Of a stretch of DNA of 58,687 bases, positions 29,642 to 38,190 are shown piece after piece. Position 1 is the stretch's first letter; every line of letters starts with the position of its first letter. Source of the stretch: Mycobacteriales bacterium (GTDB lineage: Bacteria > Actinomycetota > Actinomycetes > Mycobacteriales > QHCA01); NCBI GenBank assembly GCA_038276285.1, contig JBBPZR010000077.1:1-58687 (forward strand). The letters run 5' to 3'. The notes under the pieces are model-generated. The model was not told where the DNA came from. It worked only from the letters and a program-made list of their open reading frames with translations, and ran no database searches. The translations under genes were made by a program, and so were the position numbers.

Positions 29642-30459
29642 CGCGCAGGAGCCGCACACCCGGCGACGACCTGGGCCGGCTCGACCGCGAGCTCCGTGAC
29701 CTCACCCACGACCTGCGCGGTGACCCGGCGCCGGACCTGCTACCCGGAGTGGCCGAGCGCATCGCCCGGGAGCCAGGCCAGCGGCGTCCGCCCATCGACT
29801 GGCGGCGGCCGTGGACGCGCGCGCTGTCGGCCCTGCTGGTGTTGCTGGCCGTATCCACCGGCGTGCTGGCCGGATCGGCCAGTGCTCGGGAGGGCATCGC
29901 CGGGCTGCTCAACATCAGGGGTATCTCCGTCAAGCACGCCGCGCCGGGAGCCCGGCCGGCTCCGCGATCCACCGCCGTGGAGTTGTTCCTCGGCGAAAAG
30001 GTCAGCTTCGCGACCGCCCAGCGGGAGGCGTCGTTTCACATCCAGCAGCCGGAACTCCCCGGTTTCGGCGATGCCAGCGCCGTATACGTCCTGCGGTCGG
30101 CCGGCGCCGGCCCGGTCGTCAGCCTGACGTACCGGCCGAAGCATGGCCTGCCGCTCGCACCCGAGACCGGCACCGGCATGCTGCTGACGCAGTTCGCCGG
30201 CACGATCGATGCCGACGTATTCAAGAAGGTGCTGTTCACCCTCTCGCGGACCCAGCAGGTGAGCGTCAACGGCCATCAGGGGATCTGGATCGAGGGTCCG
30301 CAGGAGCTGATCACGTTCACCTCAAGCGGCAACGGCGTGGGCTTTCCGCCCCGGCTGGCCGACAACAGCCTGATCTGGGAGTCCGGGGGAGTGACCCTCC
30401 GGATGGAAACGGTGCTACGCCTCGACCAGGCGCTCGCGATCGCGGAATCGATTCGGTAG
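29638..30459 (+). CDS. Putative anti-sigma factor (single TM, extracytoplasmic domain)
   Basis: ATGA-coupled to the sigma gene. Short cytoplasmic N-terminus, one TM, and VSVNG..GIWIEG...LIWE. Confidence 0.75.
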   Translation: MTRRSRTPGDDLGRLDRELRDLTHDLRGDPAPDLLPGVAERIAREPGQRRPPIDWRRPWTRALSALLVLLAVSTGVLAGSASAREGIAGLLNIRGISVKHAAPGARPAPRSTAVELFLGEKVSFATAQREASFHIQQPELPGFGDASAVYVLRSAGAGPVVSLTYRPKHGLPLAPETGTGMLLTQFAGTIDADVFKKVLFTLSRTQQVSVNGHQGIWIEGPQELITFTSSGNGVGFPPRLADNSLIWESGGVTLRMETVLRLDQALAIAESIR

Positions 30460-30576
30460 CGCTTCGTGGTCAGTCGAGGTTGAATCTGTCACCAATCCGG
30501 GTACGCTCATGACGCCAAATCGGGATAACCGTGAGGATGCCATGCTCGTGAGACCTCGGGTCGGCCGGGCCGACAG

Positions 30577-31581
30577 ATGGCCAATAGCGGCATGAGCGAG
30601 GGCTTCGCCCGGGCCTGCGAAGAGGTGCTGCCGGCTCTGTGCGATCAGGTCGGCCTCACCACCTGGCTGGTCACCGCCCGCGTCGGCGCCGACGAGATCC
30701 CGCTGTACTACTACGGCGCCGACCCGGAGGTCCTCGTACGCCTGCGCTGGCCATGGTCGGAGTCTCCGATGAACACGCCGCTCGCTGGTGCGGCTCCGCC
30801 GATGGCCCCGCTCGTTGCCGGCGTACCGGCCTATCGAGACGCCCGCGTCGTCACCGCATTGAGCGCCCGGGCCTTCATCGCCGCTCCCCTACGGGTCCGC
30901 GAGCACGTGCTCGGCGGCCTCTACGGCCTCGACCGTGCCGCGCCGCCGAACGACTTGGCACAGCGAATCCCGCTGGTCGAAACAGTGGCCTCCCTCCTCG
31001 GCACCGTCTACGAGGCGGAGCGGCGAGCGCAGGAGGCCGAGTCGCAGGCCCTGACAGATGCCCTCACCGGAGTAGCCAATCGCCGGCGCTGGCAACAGGT
31101 CCTGGCCGCCGAGGATCAGCGCTGCGCCAGGTACGGATCGTCCAGCGGGGTGATCGTGGTGGACGTCGACGACCTCAAGCGGGTCAACGACAGCCTCGGG
31201 CACCAGGCCGGCGACCATCTGCTGATGCGCACCGCCCAGGTGTTGCGACAGGGGAGCCGGGCCGGTGACACCGTGGCGCGCTCGGGCGGTGACGAGTTCG
31301 TCGTCCTGGCGGTCGAGACAGACCGCGAGGCGCTGGCCGCGTACGTCCGCCGCGTGCGCTCGCTGCTGCGCGCGGCGCGAGTGCGTGCCTCTGTCGGCTG
31401 GGCGGTCCGCGATCCGGCCGGCGGCCTGCCGCTGGCATGGCTGGCCGCCGACGAGCACATGTACCGCGCCAAGCGGGCCCGACGGGCCAGGACCGTCCAA
31501 GCCCGTGGGGTGCGACCGCCAGCCCGACTAGCCCTTGACGAGGTCCTTCACCTGCCCGAGGAGCCCGTCGACGCGGGCTGA
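30577..31581 (+). CDS. GAF-GGDEF diguanylate cyclase
   Basis: TDALTGVANRR, DVDDLK.VND.LGH..GD, RSGGDEF and AD..MY.AK. Confidence 0.9.
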   Translation: MANSGMSEGFARACEEVLPALCDQVGLTTWLVTARVGADEIPLYYYGADPEVLVRLRWPWSESPMNTPLAGAAPPMAPLVAGVPAYRDARVVTALSARAFIAAPLRVREHVLGGLYGLDRAAPPNDLAQRIPLVETVASLLGTVYEAERRAQEAESQALTDALTGVANRRRWQQVLAAEDQRCARYGSSSGVIVVDVDDLKRVNDSLGHQAGDHLLMRTAQVLRQGSRAGDTVARSGGDEFVVLAVETDREALAAYVRRVRSLLRAARVRASVGWAVRDPAGGLPLAWLAADEHMYRAKRARRARTVQARGVRPPARLALDEVLHLPEEPVDAG

Positions 31582-31678
31582 CCGCCCGGCAAGGTTGCGG
31601 GCGACCTGCACGATCGCTCCTGTTGTGAGAAACTTTGATATCAGCCTGATAACGGTCAGGCACCATCCCGGAGGTCAC

Positions 31679-32872
31679 ATGAGATATCGACGCGTCTTGG
31701 CGGCCGTCACCTCGGCCGCCACGCTGCTCGCTCTCGCGACCGTCACGGCCACCGCCGCGACGCCCGCGAGCGCCACCACGACTGCCAGTTCACACAGCAA
31801 CAAGCGCGTCTGCGCGGCCAAGCCGGCCGGCTACGCCGCTTGCCACGCCCGCGTCGTCACCGATGCCAGCCTTCGTCCCCTGGCGACCGGCTCCTACCAG
31901 AGCGGCTACGCGCCGGCTCAGATCCGGACCGCCTACGGCATCACAGGCACCACCGGCCCGCTGATCGCGATTGTCGACGCGTACGCCCACCCGAGCGTGG
32001 CAGCGGATCTTGCGGTCTACCGAACCCAGTTCGGGCTCGGCACCGCGAGCCTCACGCAGGTGAATCAAACCGGTGGCTCGATCGGCTCCGTCGCTGGCAA
32101 CACCGGTTGGGGACAAGAGGAGATGCTCGACCTGGAGATGGCATCGGCGATTTGCCCCTCCTGCCCGCTGCTCTACGTCGGCGCCAACTCCAACTCCTTC
32201 GCCGATCTTGGGGCCGCGGTGGACGAGGCGAATACGAAGGGCGCGAAGGTCATTTCCAACTCTTACGGGGGCACCGAGTTCTCCACCGAGGGCACATTGG
32301 CGACGCACTACAGCCACTCCGGCGTTGCCATCACGGTGAGCTCCGGTGACAGCGGCTACGGCGTCCAGGCCCCCGCGGCCTTCAAAACGGTCACTGCCGT
32401 CGGCGGCACCAGCCTCACGCTCAACACCAACGGCACCCGCAAGAGCGAGACCGTGTGGAGCGGGGCCGGCAGCGGTTGCTCCGCCTATATCACCAAGCCG
32501 ACCTGGCAGACGGATACCGCCTGCTCGCGGCGTACCGTGGCCGATGTGGCCGCGGTTGCCGACCCGAACACCGGGGTGGCCGTCTACGACAGCTACGGCA
32601 GCACCGGCGGGCTCAACTGGTACGTCTTCGGTGGGACCAGCGTGGCCGCACCGATCATCGGTGGGGTCTACGCGCTGTCCGGCAACACTGCCGGGGCGCC
32701 AGCGTCACGCGCGTACTCCGCTCCGGCCGGCTCGCTGTTCGACGTGACCAGCGGCAGCAACGGTCGATGCGTCCACGGCAGGAACACCGCTGCGGCTTAC
32801 CTGTGCACCGGCGGTACGGGCTACGACGGCCCGACCGGCAACGGCACGCCGAACGGCACGGGCGCCTTCTAG
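31679..32872 (+). CDS. Secreted S53 (sedolisin/kumamolisin-like) peptidase
   Basis: GGAGG RBS, signal peptide, E..LD (EEMLD), SSGDSG, GGTS.AAP and YDGPTG.GTP. Confidence 0.92.
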   Translation: MRYRRVLAAVTSAATLLALATVTATAATPASATTTASSHSNKRVCAAKPAGYAACHARVVTDASLRPLATGSYQSGYAPAQIRTAYGITGTTGPLIAIVDAYAHPSVAADLAVYRTQFGLGTASLTQVNQTGGSIGSVAGNTGWGQEEMLDLEMASAICPSCPLLYVGANSNSFADLGAAVDEANTKGAKVISNSYGGTEFSTEGTLATHYSHSGVAITVSSGDSGYGVQAPAAFKTVTAVGGTSLTLNTNGTRKSETVWSGAGSGCSAYITKPTWQTDTACSRRTVADVAAVADPNTGVAVYDSYGSTGGLNWYVFGGTSVAAPIIGGVYALSGNTAGAPASRAYSAPAGSLFDVTSGSNGRCVHGRNTAAAYLCTGGTGYDGPTGNGTPNGTGAF

Positions 32873-32887
32873 GCGCGTCAGCAGCAT

Positions 32888-32919
32888 CAGGAGGGGCGTC
32901 CCACGGGGCGCCCCTCCTG
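32888..32919 (+). terminator. Hairpin terminator after the peptidase gene
   Basis: CAGGAGGGGCG...CGCCCCTCCTG, a perfect 11-bp stem that extends further, 15 nt after the stop. Confidence 0.7.
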
Positions 32920-32922
32920 CAT

Positions 32923-32946
32923 GTTTCGCCGATCCGCCGACGGGCA
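32923..32946 (+). promoter_or_regulatory. SigF/SigB-type promoter
   Basis: GTTT-N15-GGGCA upstream of the ChaB gene. Confidence 0.6.
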
Positions 32947-32980
32947 GCGAAGCGGCAGCCAACATCAGGAGGCGAGCGTC

Positions 32981-33400
32981 ATGCCTACCCGCAAAGAGCT
33001 TCCTTCGACCCTCGAGCGGTCGTCGAAGAAGGCACAGGAGACCTGGATCAAGACCCACGACTCGGCGGTGGACAGCTACGGCGAGGGCGAGCGGGCGCAC
33101 CGTACGGCTTTCGCATCGCTCAAGCACAGCTACGAGAAGGTGGGCGACCACTGGGAGGCCAAGGACGAGAAGGGCCCCTCAGATGAGCAGGCTGTCAGGA
33201 CGGGCGCGGCGGCCCGTCGCGGTGGCCCTACCGCCGGAGGCGTCGACGCCAATGCCAGCAGGAAGCACCTTCTCGACCTCGCCAAGCGGCTGGACCTCTC
33301 GGGCCGCAGCCGGATGACCAAGGACGAGTTGGTGCGGGCCATCGACAGCGCAAACAAGCGGGAGTCCGCCAGATCCTTGAGCAAGAGCGCCCGGAAGTAG
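32981..33400 (+). CDS. ChaB-family protein with C-terminal Rho-N-like helix pair
   Basis: ELPSTL.RS..KAQ...YGEGERAHRTAF..LKH..EKVGDHWE and GRSRMTKDELV.AI. Confidence 0.88.
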   Translation: MPTRKELPSTLERSSKKAQETWIKTHDSAVDSYGEGERAHRTAFASLKHSYEKVGDHWEAKDEKGPSDEQAVRTGAAARRGGPTAGGVDANASRKHLLDLAKRLDLSGRSRMTKDELVRAIDSANKRESARSLSKSARK

Positions 33401-33409
33401 GTTGGGTGG

Positions 33410-33637
33410 ATGACAAACGGCATCCCCGGCCCCGACCTCGACGAAGACGACCTGCTGCGCGAACTCAAGCACCTGCACCAGACCCGCAACGACACCTTCC
33501 TGCACGGCGGACCCGACGCGCTCGTGACCCACACCTCGCGCACGGCCGAGCTGGAGGACGAGTACCTTCGACGCCACCCGGAGCGGGAGGTCGACCCCAA
33601 CCGGCTGCGCTCGGGCGCCAGATCGAGAACGCAGTAG
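33410..33637 (+). CDS. DUF6158-like small protein
   Basis: LLREL..LH.TR.DTFLHG..DAL..HT.R..ELE.EYLRR.P. Confidence 0.75.
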   Translation: MTNGIPGPDLDEDDLLRELKHLHQTRNDTFLHGGPDALVTHTSRTAELEDEYLRRHPEREVDPNRLRSGARSRTQ

Positions 33638-33642
33638 GACGT

Positions 33643-33840
33643 GCCTCGGATCGGTTACTTCAAGGTCTGCTGGAGCACCGACGAGGCGGCGGCCCGGCGG
33701 ACCGCCTACCGGCTCTGGGCTAATTCCGGCGCGCCCGGCGAGTTGCGCAGGTGCTGGCGAGCCCCCGGCACTTCGACCAGCCTCATCGCTGGTCACCGAG
33801 GACATGGTGGCTGAGTCCATCCTGTGCGGTGACGACCCAA
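33643..33840 (+). pseudogene. F420-dependent LLM-class oxidoreductase (TIGR03557-like) internal remnant
   Basis: KVCW..DE..A...A.RLW.N...PGEL / QVL..P.HFDQ / SSLVTEDMVAESI.CG.DP, spread across frameshifts. Confidence 0.65.
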
Positions 33841-33924
33841 GGCGCACCCCGCTGGGCGGAATGACCGAGGCGTGCGGCGACGCTACGTCTGGGTAGGACC
33901 ATGGCGTAGCGAGGAGGTGCCACC

Positions 33925-34737
33925 TTGGCCGTGCGTACGGACACCACGGCGCCGCTCGCCTTCATCAGCAAGGGGACCGGGCGGGCCGTCCTCCTCCTGC
34001 ACGGTCAGGCGGGCGCGGCAACCGCGTGGTTCCGGTTGCGGCCGCTACTGGCCGGCGCCGGCTACCGCGGCATCGCCGTGGACCGGCCCGGTTACGGGCA
34101 GACCGGCGGCCGGCCGAGCGGTTTCGCGTCGAATGCTCGGAGCGCCTTCGAACTGCTCGACTACCTCGACATCGCCGACATCACGGTCGTCGGGCACTCC
34201 TGGGCCGGCGGGGTCGCCCTCGCGATGGCACTTCAGCAGCCGCAGCGGGTAAGCGGCCTGGTGCTGCAGGGCTCTGTCGGGGGCACCGGCTCGATCACCT
34301 GGTTCGACCGGACGCTGGCCGCGCCAGCGCTCGGGGCAGGCGCCTACGCCGTGGGTCTGCGGATGGCAGCCCTCGGCCTGTCGATATCGGGCATCAGGCG
34401 GCGGATGGCACCGGAGCTGCACGACCTGCCGCACCATCGGTTGGCCGCCATCGCCGCCGCGTGGTCGAGGGCCGGCACGGCGCGCACTGTCGCCCATGAA
34501 CAGCGGACCCTCATTCACGAGTTGCCGGTGATCCAGGCGCAGCTTCCCCGAGTGGACACGCCGGCCGTCGTGCTCATCGGCAGCTCCGACCGTCTGGTGC
34601 GGCCGGAGAGCCAGCGCGACCTGGCCCGTCGGCTCCCCGACGCCGAGGCGGTCGAGGTCGACGGCGGCCACTTCCTCGCCGTCGAGTCGCCGGAAACCCT
34701 CGTCGATGCGGTGGAGCGGGTCGCCCGAGCCGGCTGA
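33925..34737 (+). CDS. Alpha/beta fold hydrolase
   Basis: LLLHG, DRPGYG, GHSWAG, G..D..V and GGH motifs; GGAGG RBS. Confidence 0.88.
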   Translation: MAVRTDTTAPLAFISKGTGRAVLLLHGQAGAATAWFRLRPLLAGAGYRGIAVDRPGYGQTGGRPSGFASNARSAFELLDYLDIADITVVGHSWAGGVALAMALQQPQRVSGLVLQGSVGGTGSITWFDRTLAAPALGAGAYAVGLRMAALGLSISGIRRRMAPELHDLPHHRLAAIAAAWSRAGTARTVAHEQRTLIHELPVIQAQLPRVDTPAVVLIGSSDRLVRPESQRDLARRLPDAEAVEVDGGHFLAVESPETLVDAVERVARAG

Positions 34738-34819
34738 GTCGGCTGCATTGAACGGGACGACCACCTTGTCACCGGCGAGAAGCCGGCTGCCCATGACGCG
34801 GTTCCGGGCGCGGGGAGGG

Positions 34820-35053
34820 CTAGGCCGCTTTCTCGGCGTAGGCGCGGGCGTACTGCAGGAGGTCCGCCACCGCCGGCGAGGCGAAGGACGCGGCAACCAG
34901 CCGGGCTGGCCGGGGGTGAAGACCAGCCCTGCGGCAGCGGTCCCGGTCCCGGCGTACATCCCCCACTACCGTGAGGTAGCCGCCGAGCGGGCGGTCGGCG
35001 CCATCGGCAGATGCGCGCTGCTCCTTGCGGGCGGCTTGGCGAAGTCGAGTCAT
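34820..35053 (-). pseudogene. DUF1360-like gene, internally deleted
   Basis: N-terminal DRPLGGY is joined almost directly to C-terminal VADLLQ.A; the core is missing. Confidence 0.45.
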
Positions 35054-35134
35054 CGGGCTGCTCGTCATGTCGCGCTGGCTACCCCGTCCACGGCGGATCA
35101 TGCCGACCGACCCGACCCGGCTGTCCTCCAAGCA

Positions 35135-35158
35135 GTTTCGGCCGCCGCCTTTCGGGTA
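35135..35158 (+). promoter_or_regulatory. SigF/SigB-type promoter
   Basis: GTTT-N15-GGGTA upstream of the DUF2795 gene. Confidence 0.68.
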
Positions 35159-35194
35159 CCAGCGCCGTCAGGTGAGGCGATCACGGAGGTGCAC

Positions 35195-35602
35195 ATGCAA
35201 CGCGGCAGCGACAAGCACGGGCCCCGGCAGGACGAGGCGATGGGGCATGAGGTCGAGGGGCTGCTGCGCTCCGGTCACGGCGGCCGCGCCGAGGAATGGC
35301 GCGAGTCCGAGCCGCCCGCCGACGACATGGACATCGACCTCGTTCCCGACGGCACGTTGGTGGGAGGCGTGCCCGAGGGGATGACCGGCGAGGACGTCAC
35401 CGGCCGAGCCGAACTGGCCACCGTGCTGACCCGCGGTGTCTTCCCGGCCGACACCGAGCAACTGATCTCGGCGGCGGAGGAGAACAACGCAGCGCCGCGG
35501 ATCCTTGAGGAGCTTCGCGGGCTACCGTCGGACCAGCAATTCGACACGGTCAACGACGTCTGGGTGGCCCTCGGTCACAACGTCGAGTCGCGGCGCTTCT
35601 AG
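35195..35602 (+). CDS. DUF2795-domain protein
   Basis: GGAGG RBS, MQRGSDKHGPR.D, and FPA...L...A....A....L..L..LP....F..V.DVW. Confidence 0.82.
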   Translation: MQRGSDKHGPRQDEAMGHEVEGLLRSGHGGRAEEWRESEPPADDMDIDLVPDGTLVGGVPEGMTGEDVTGRAELATVLTRGVFPADTEQLISAAEENNAAPRILEELRGLPSDQQFDTVNDVWVALGHNVESRRF

Positions 35603-35629
35603 CGTTAGCCGCCCTGTGAAATGGCCGCT

Positions 35630-35839
35630 CCTCGGCGGTCGTCTCGCCTGGGTCACAGCCCTCGGCCGCCACTTTGACGGCGATGTCGCGGTCAGTGACC
35701 ACGCCCTTGAGTCGCTCGTCTTCACCACAGATCGGCAGAGCGCCGAAATTCAGCCGGTTGCGGGTGGGGGGCGGCGACCAGGGTCTACGTTTGCCTGTAC
35801 GCACTCGACGCCCGGGGTCATGTCTCGAGCGGTAGTCAT
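35630..35839 (-). pseudogene. CBS-domain protein (Hrp1-like) remnant
   Basis: MTTARDMTPGVECV, a frameshift, then GALPICGEDERLKGVVTDRDIAVK; truncated. Preceded by GTTA-N15-GGGTA (35888-35865). Confidence 0.75.
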
Positions 35840-36073
35840 TGAGTAGTTCTCGGGGGTGTCGGGATACCCCTGATGGCCCTGCGATAACTCAATCCAGCCC
35901 CCGCCAGGGTCGGGAACGGTTAGGCTTCGCTCACTGAGGGGAGCGACGGCTCAGCGTTGAGACGCAAGGCGCAGCCAAAATCCCCTCGTGCTTGAGCAGT
36001 CAGGCACCCCCCCCACGACTGGGCAATCGCCCGCCCTTGGAGTGTGAATGCCAGCCCGCGCCGAATTGCGGCC

Positions 36074-37042
36074 ATGAAGATCGCGATGGTGGCTGCCTCA
36101 GCCAGCCCGCTCCCGCGGTCGGGCGAGCGGGCGGCAGGCGGCTTGCATACCCAGGTGAAGTCCTTGGCGCAGGCGACGGCCAGGCGCGGACACCAGGTGG
36201 TCGTCTACACCCGGCGCGACCATCCCGCATTGCCCGATCGGGTGCCGCTCTGCGACGGCGCGACGGTGGAGCACGTCCCGGCCGGGCCGCCGGAATGGCT
36301 GCCCGCCGAACGGGTTGTCCCGTATCTCGCTGAATTCGGTGCCCCGCAATTGCGACGGCTCGGCATCAGCTACAGCCGGGTCGGTATCGTCTCGCCCGGC
36401 GTGGACCTGGACGAGTTTCACCCGCGATCGATCGACCGCGGGCGGGGCGCGGCCACCCGACTCCTCACCTTGGGCCCGCTGAGCGAGAGCAGCTCTGTCG
36501 ACGACGTGATCTGTGCGCTGCCGAGAGTGCCGGGCGCGGAACTACTTGTCGGCGGCGGACCGCCGGCCGACCAACTCTTCGCTAACGACGACGTCGCCCG
36601 GCTGCGCGAGCTTGCCGTCCGCCTGGGACTTCAGGACCGGGTCACCTTGGTCGGCGAGGTCCCGCACTCCGAGGTGCCCGAGCTGATCTGCTCGGCCGAC
36701 GTGGTGATCTGCGCACCGTGGTACCCGCGCTTCGGAATGGTCGCGGTGGAGGCGATGGCTTGCGGCGTTCCGATTGTTGCCAGCGTCGTTGGCGGCCTGC
36801 GCGACACCGTGCTGCCCGGGATGACCGGTGACCTGGTGGCGGCACACTCTCCCGATGAGCTGGCACTAGCGTTGCGTCGACTGCTGGGCGATTCCGTGCG
36901 ACTGCAGGCCTACCGCTTCGCTGCCACCGATCGCGCCCGCGCGGCACTCTCGCGGGGCCGGGTGGCGGTCGCGATCGAGAGCGTCTATCTCGACGTGATT
37001 GGTATGCCCCATGCTGAGACCGAATCGGTCACTGTGGCATGA
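36074..37042 (+). CDS. GT4-family glycosyltransferase, apparently with an in-frame internal deletion
   Basis: MKIAMV..ASPL, GHQVVVYTRR, PGVDLD.F and FGMVAVEAMACGVP. The HAHFW/TFH segment expected near 36340 is absent, so it may be a pseudogene. Confidence 0.7.
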   Translation: MKIAMVAASASPLPRSGERAAGGLHTQVKSLAQATARRGHQVVVYTRRDHPALPDRVPLCDGATVEHVPAGPPEWLPAERVVPYLAEFGAPQLRRLGISYSRVGIVSPGVDLDEFHPRSIDRGRGAATRLLTLGPLSESSSVDDVICALPRVPGAELLVGGGPPADQLFANDDVARLRELAVRLGLQDRVTLVGEVPHSEVPELICSADVVICAPWYPRFGMVAVEAMACGVPIVASVVGGLRDTVLPGMTGDLVAAHSPDELALALRRLLGDSVRLQAYRFAATDRARAALSRGRVAVAIESVYLDVIGMPHAETESVTVA

Positions 37043-37109
37043 CCCGGCCCGGTATCAGCTGCCCTGTGAGGATCCGACTATTGTGCACAATCGTGGGGAG
37101 TTCCGAGTC

Positions 37110-38069
37110 ATGAGGGAAGTCCTGATCCTTCGGGCCCTGGGACTCGGTGACTTCCTGACCGGGATACCCGCGTACCGCGGTCTGCGCCGTTATTTCAGCA
37201 ACCACCGGTTGATCCTCGCGGCGCCGCCTGAGTTGACCGAGCTGGCCCGGCTCACGGGGGCCATCGACGAGGTGCTGCCCGTCCGCGGCTTGGCCTCCCT
37301 CGCGTGGGACCGGCCGCCACCCGACGTCGTGGTCAACCTGCATGGCAAGGGCCCACGCAGCCATCAGTTGCTGCTCGAGCTCTCGCCGCGCCGGCGGATT
37401 GGCTTCCGGTCCCCTGGCTGGTCGGGGCCCGAATGGCGCTCGGACGAGCACGAGGTGGCTCGCTGGTGCCGGCTGCTGGATTCCGCCGGCATCGCCGCCG
37501 ACGTGACACATCTCCGCCTTCCCACGCCGAACCTGTCCGGCCCTGCTCCGGGGGCCGTTGTCATCCACCCCGGAGCTGGCTCGCCGAGCCGCTGCTGGCC
37601 TCCTGGTCGCTACGCCGAGCTGGCCCGGCGGTTGGCGTCCGCCGGACACGAGGTAGTGGTCACGGGCTCGGCCGGTGAGCGCCGGCTGGTCGACTATGTG
37701 GTACGCCATGCGGGCCTGCCGCCCTCAGCGGCCTTGGCCGGTGAACTCGATCTCGTGGGCCTCGCCGCCTTGATCGGGGGTGCCCGCCTCGTCGTGTGCG
37801 GCGACACCGGCGCTGGGCACTTGGCGACCGCCTACTCCACGCCGTCCGTGCTCCTCTTCGGGCCCATCTCGCCCCTGCTGTGGGGACCGCCGTCGCATCA
37901 GCGCCGGCACCGGGTGCTCTGGCACGGCCCCCATCGCGGCGACCCGTGGGGCGCGCGACCCGACCCAGCGCTGCTGGCGATCACCGTCGAGCAGGTGCTG
38001 GCAGCCACCGCAACCCAGCTTCGAATGCCGGCAACGAGTGGAGCGGGATACGCCGCAGCGATGCGGTGA
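37110..38069 (+). CDS. GT9-family (heptosyltransferase-like) glycosyltransferase
   Basis: LRALGLGD, NLHGKGP, HPGA...RCWP, CGDTG..HLATA and LFGP. Confidence 0.88.
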   Translation: MREVLILRALGLGDFLTGIPAYRGLRRYFSNHRLILAAPPELTELARLTGAIDEVLPVRGLASLAWDRPPPDVVVNLHGKGPRSHQLLLELSPRRRIGFRSPGWSGPEWRSDEHEVARWCRLLDSAGIAADVTHLRLPTPNLSGPAPGAVVIHPGAGSPSRCWPPGRYAELARRLASAGHEVVVTGSAGERRLVDYVVRHAGLPPSAALAGELDLVGLAALIGGARLVVCGDTGAGHLATAYSTPSVLLFGPISPLLWGPPSHQRRHRVLWHGPHRGDPWGARPDPALLAITVEQVLAATATQLRMPATSGAGYAAAMR

Positions 38070-38074
38070 CGGAT

Positions 38075-38131
38075 ATGGCTACTCGCGATCTCGTCGTGAT
38101 CGGCGCCTCTGCCGGTGGCGTGGAGGCCTGA
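38075..38131 (+). pseudogene. cheB: CheB-type methylesterase, first 18 codons only
   Basis: MATRDLVVIGASAGGVEA* contains the catalytic GASAGG motif and then stops. Confidence 0.65.
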
Positions 38132-38142
38132 AGAACGCAAAG

Positions 38143-38178
38143 AGAACCGGCCGACCCCTGACGGGACCGGCCGGTTCT
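38143..38178 (-). terminator. Intrinsic terminator of the chaplin-like gene
   Basis: AGAACCGGCCG...CGGCCGGTTCT 11-bp stem, 12 nt after the stop, followed by CTTTGCGTTCTT on the minus strand. Confidence 0.75.
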
Positions 38179-38190
38179 GTCAACTCAAGC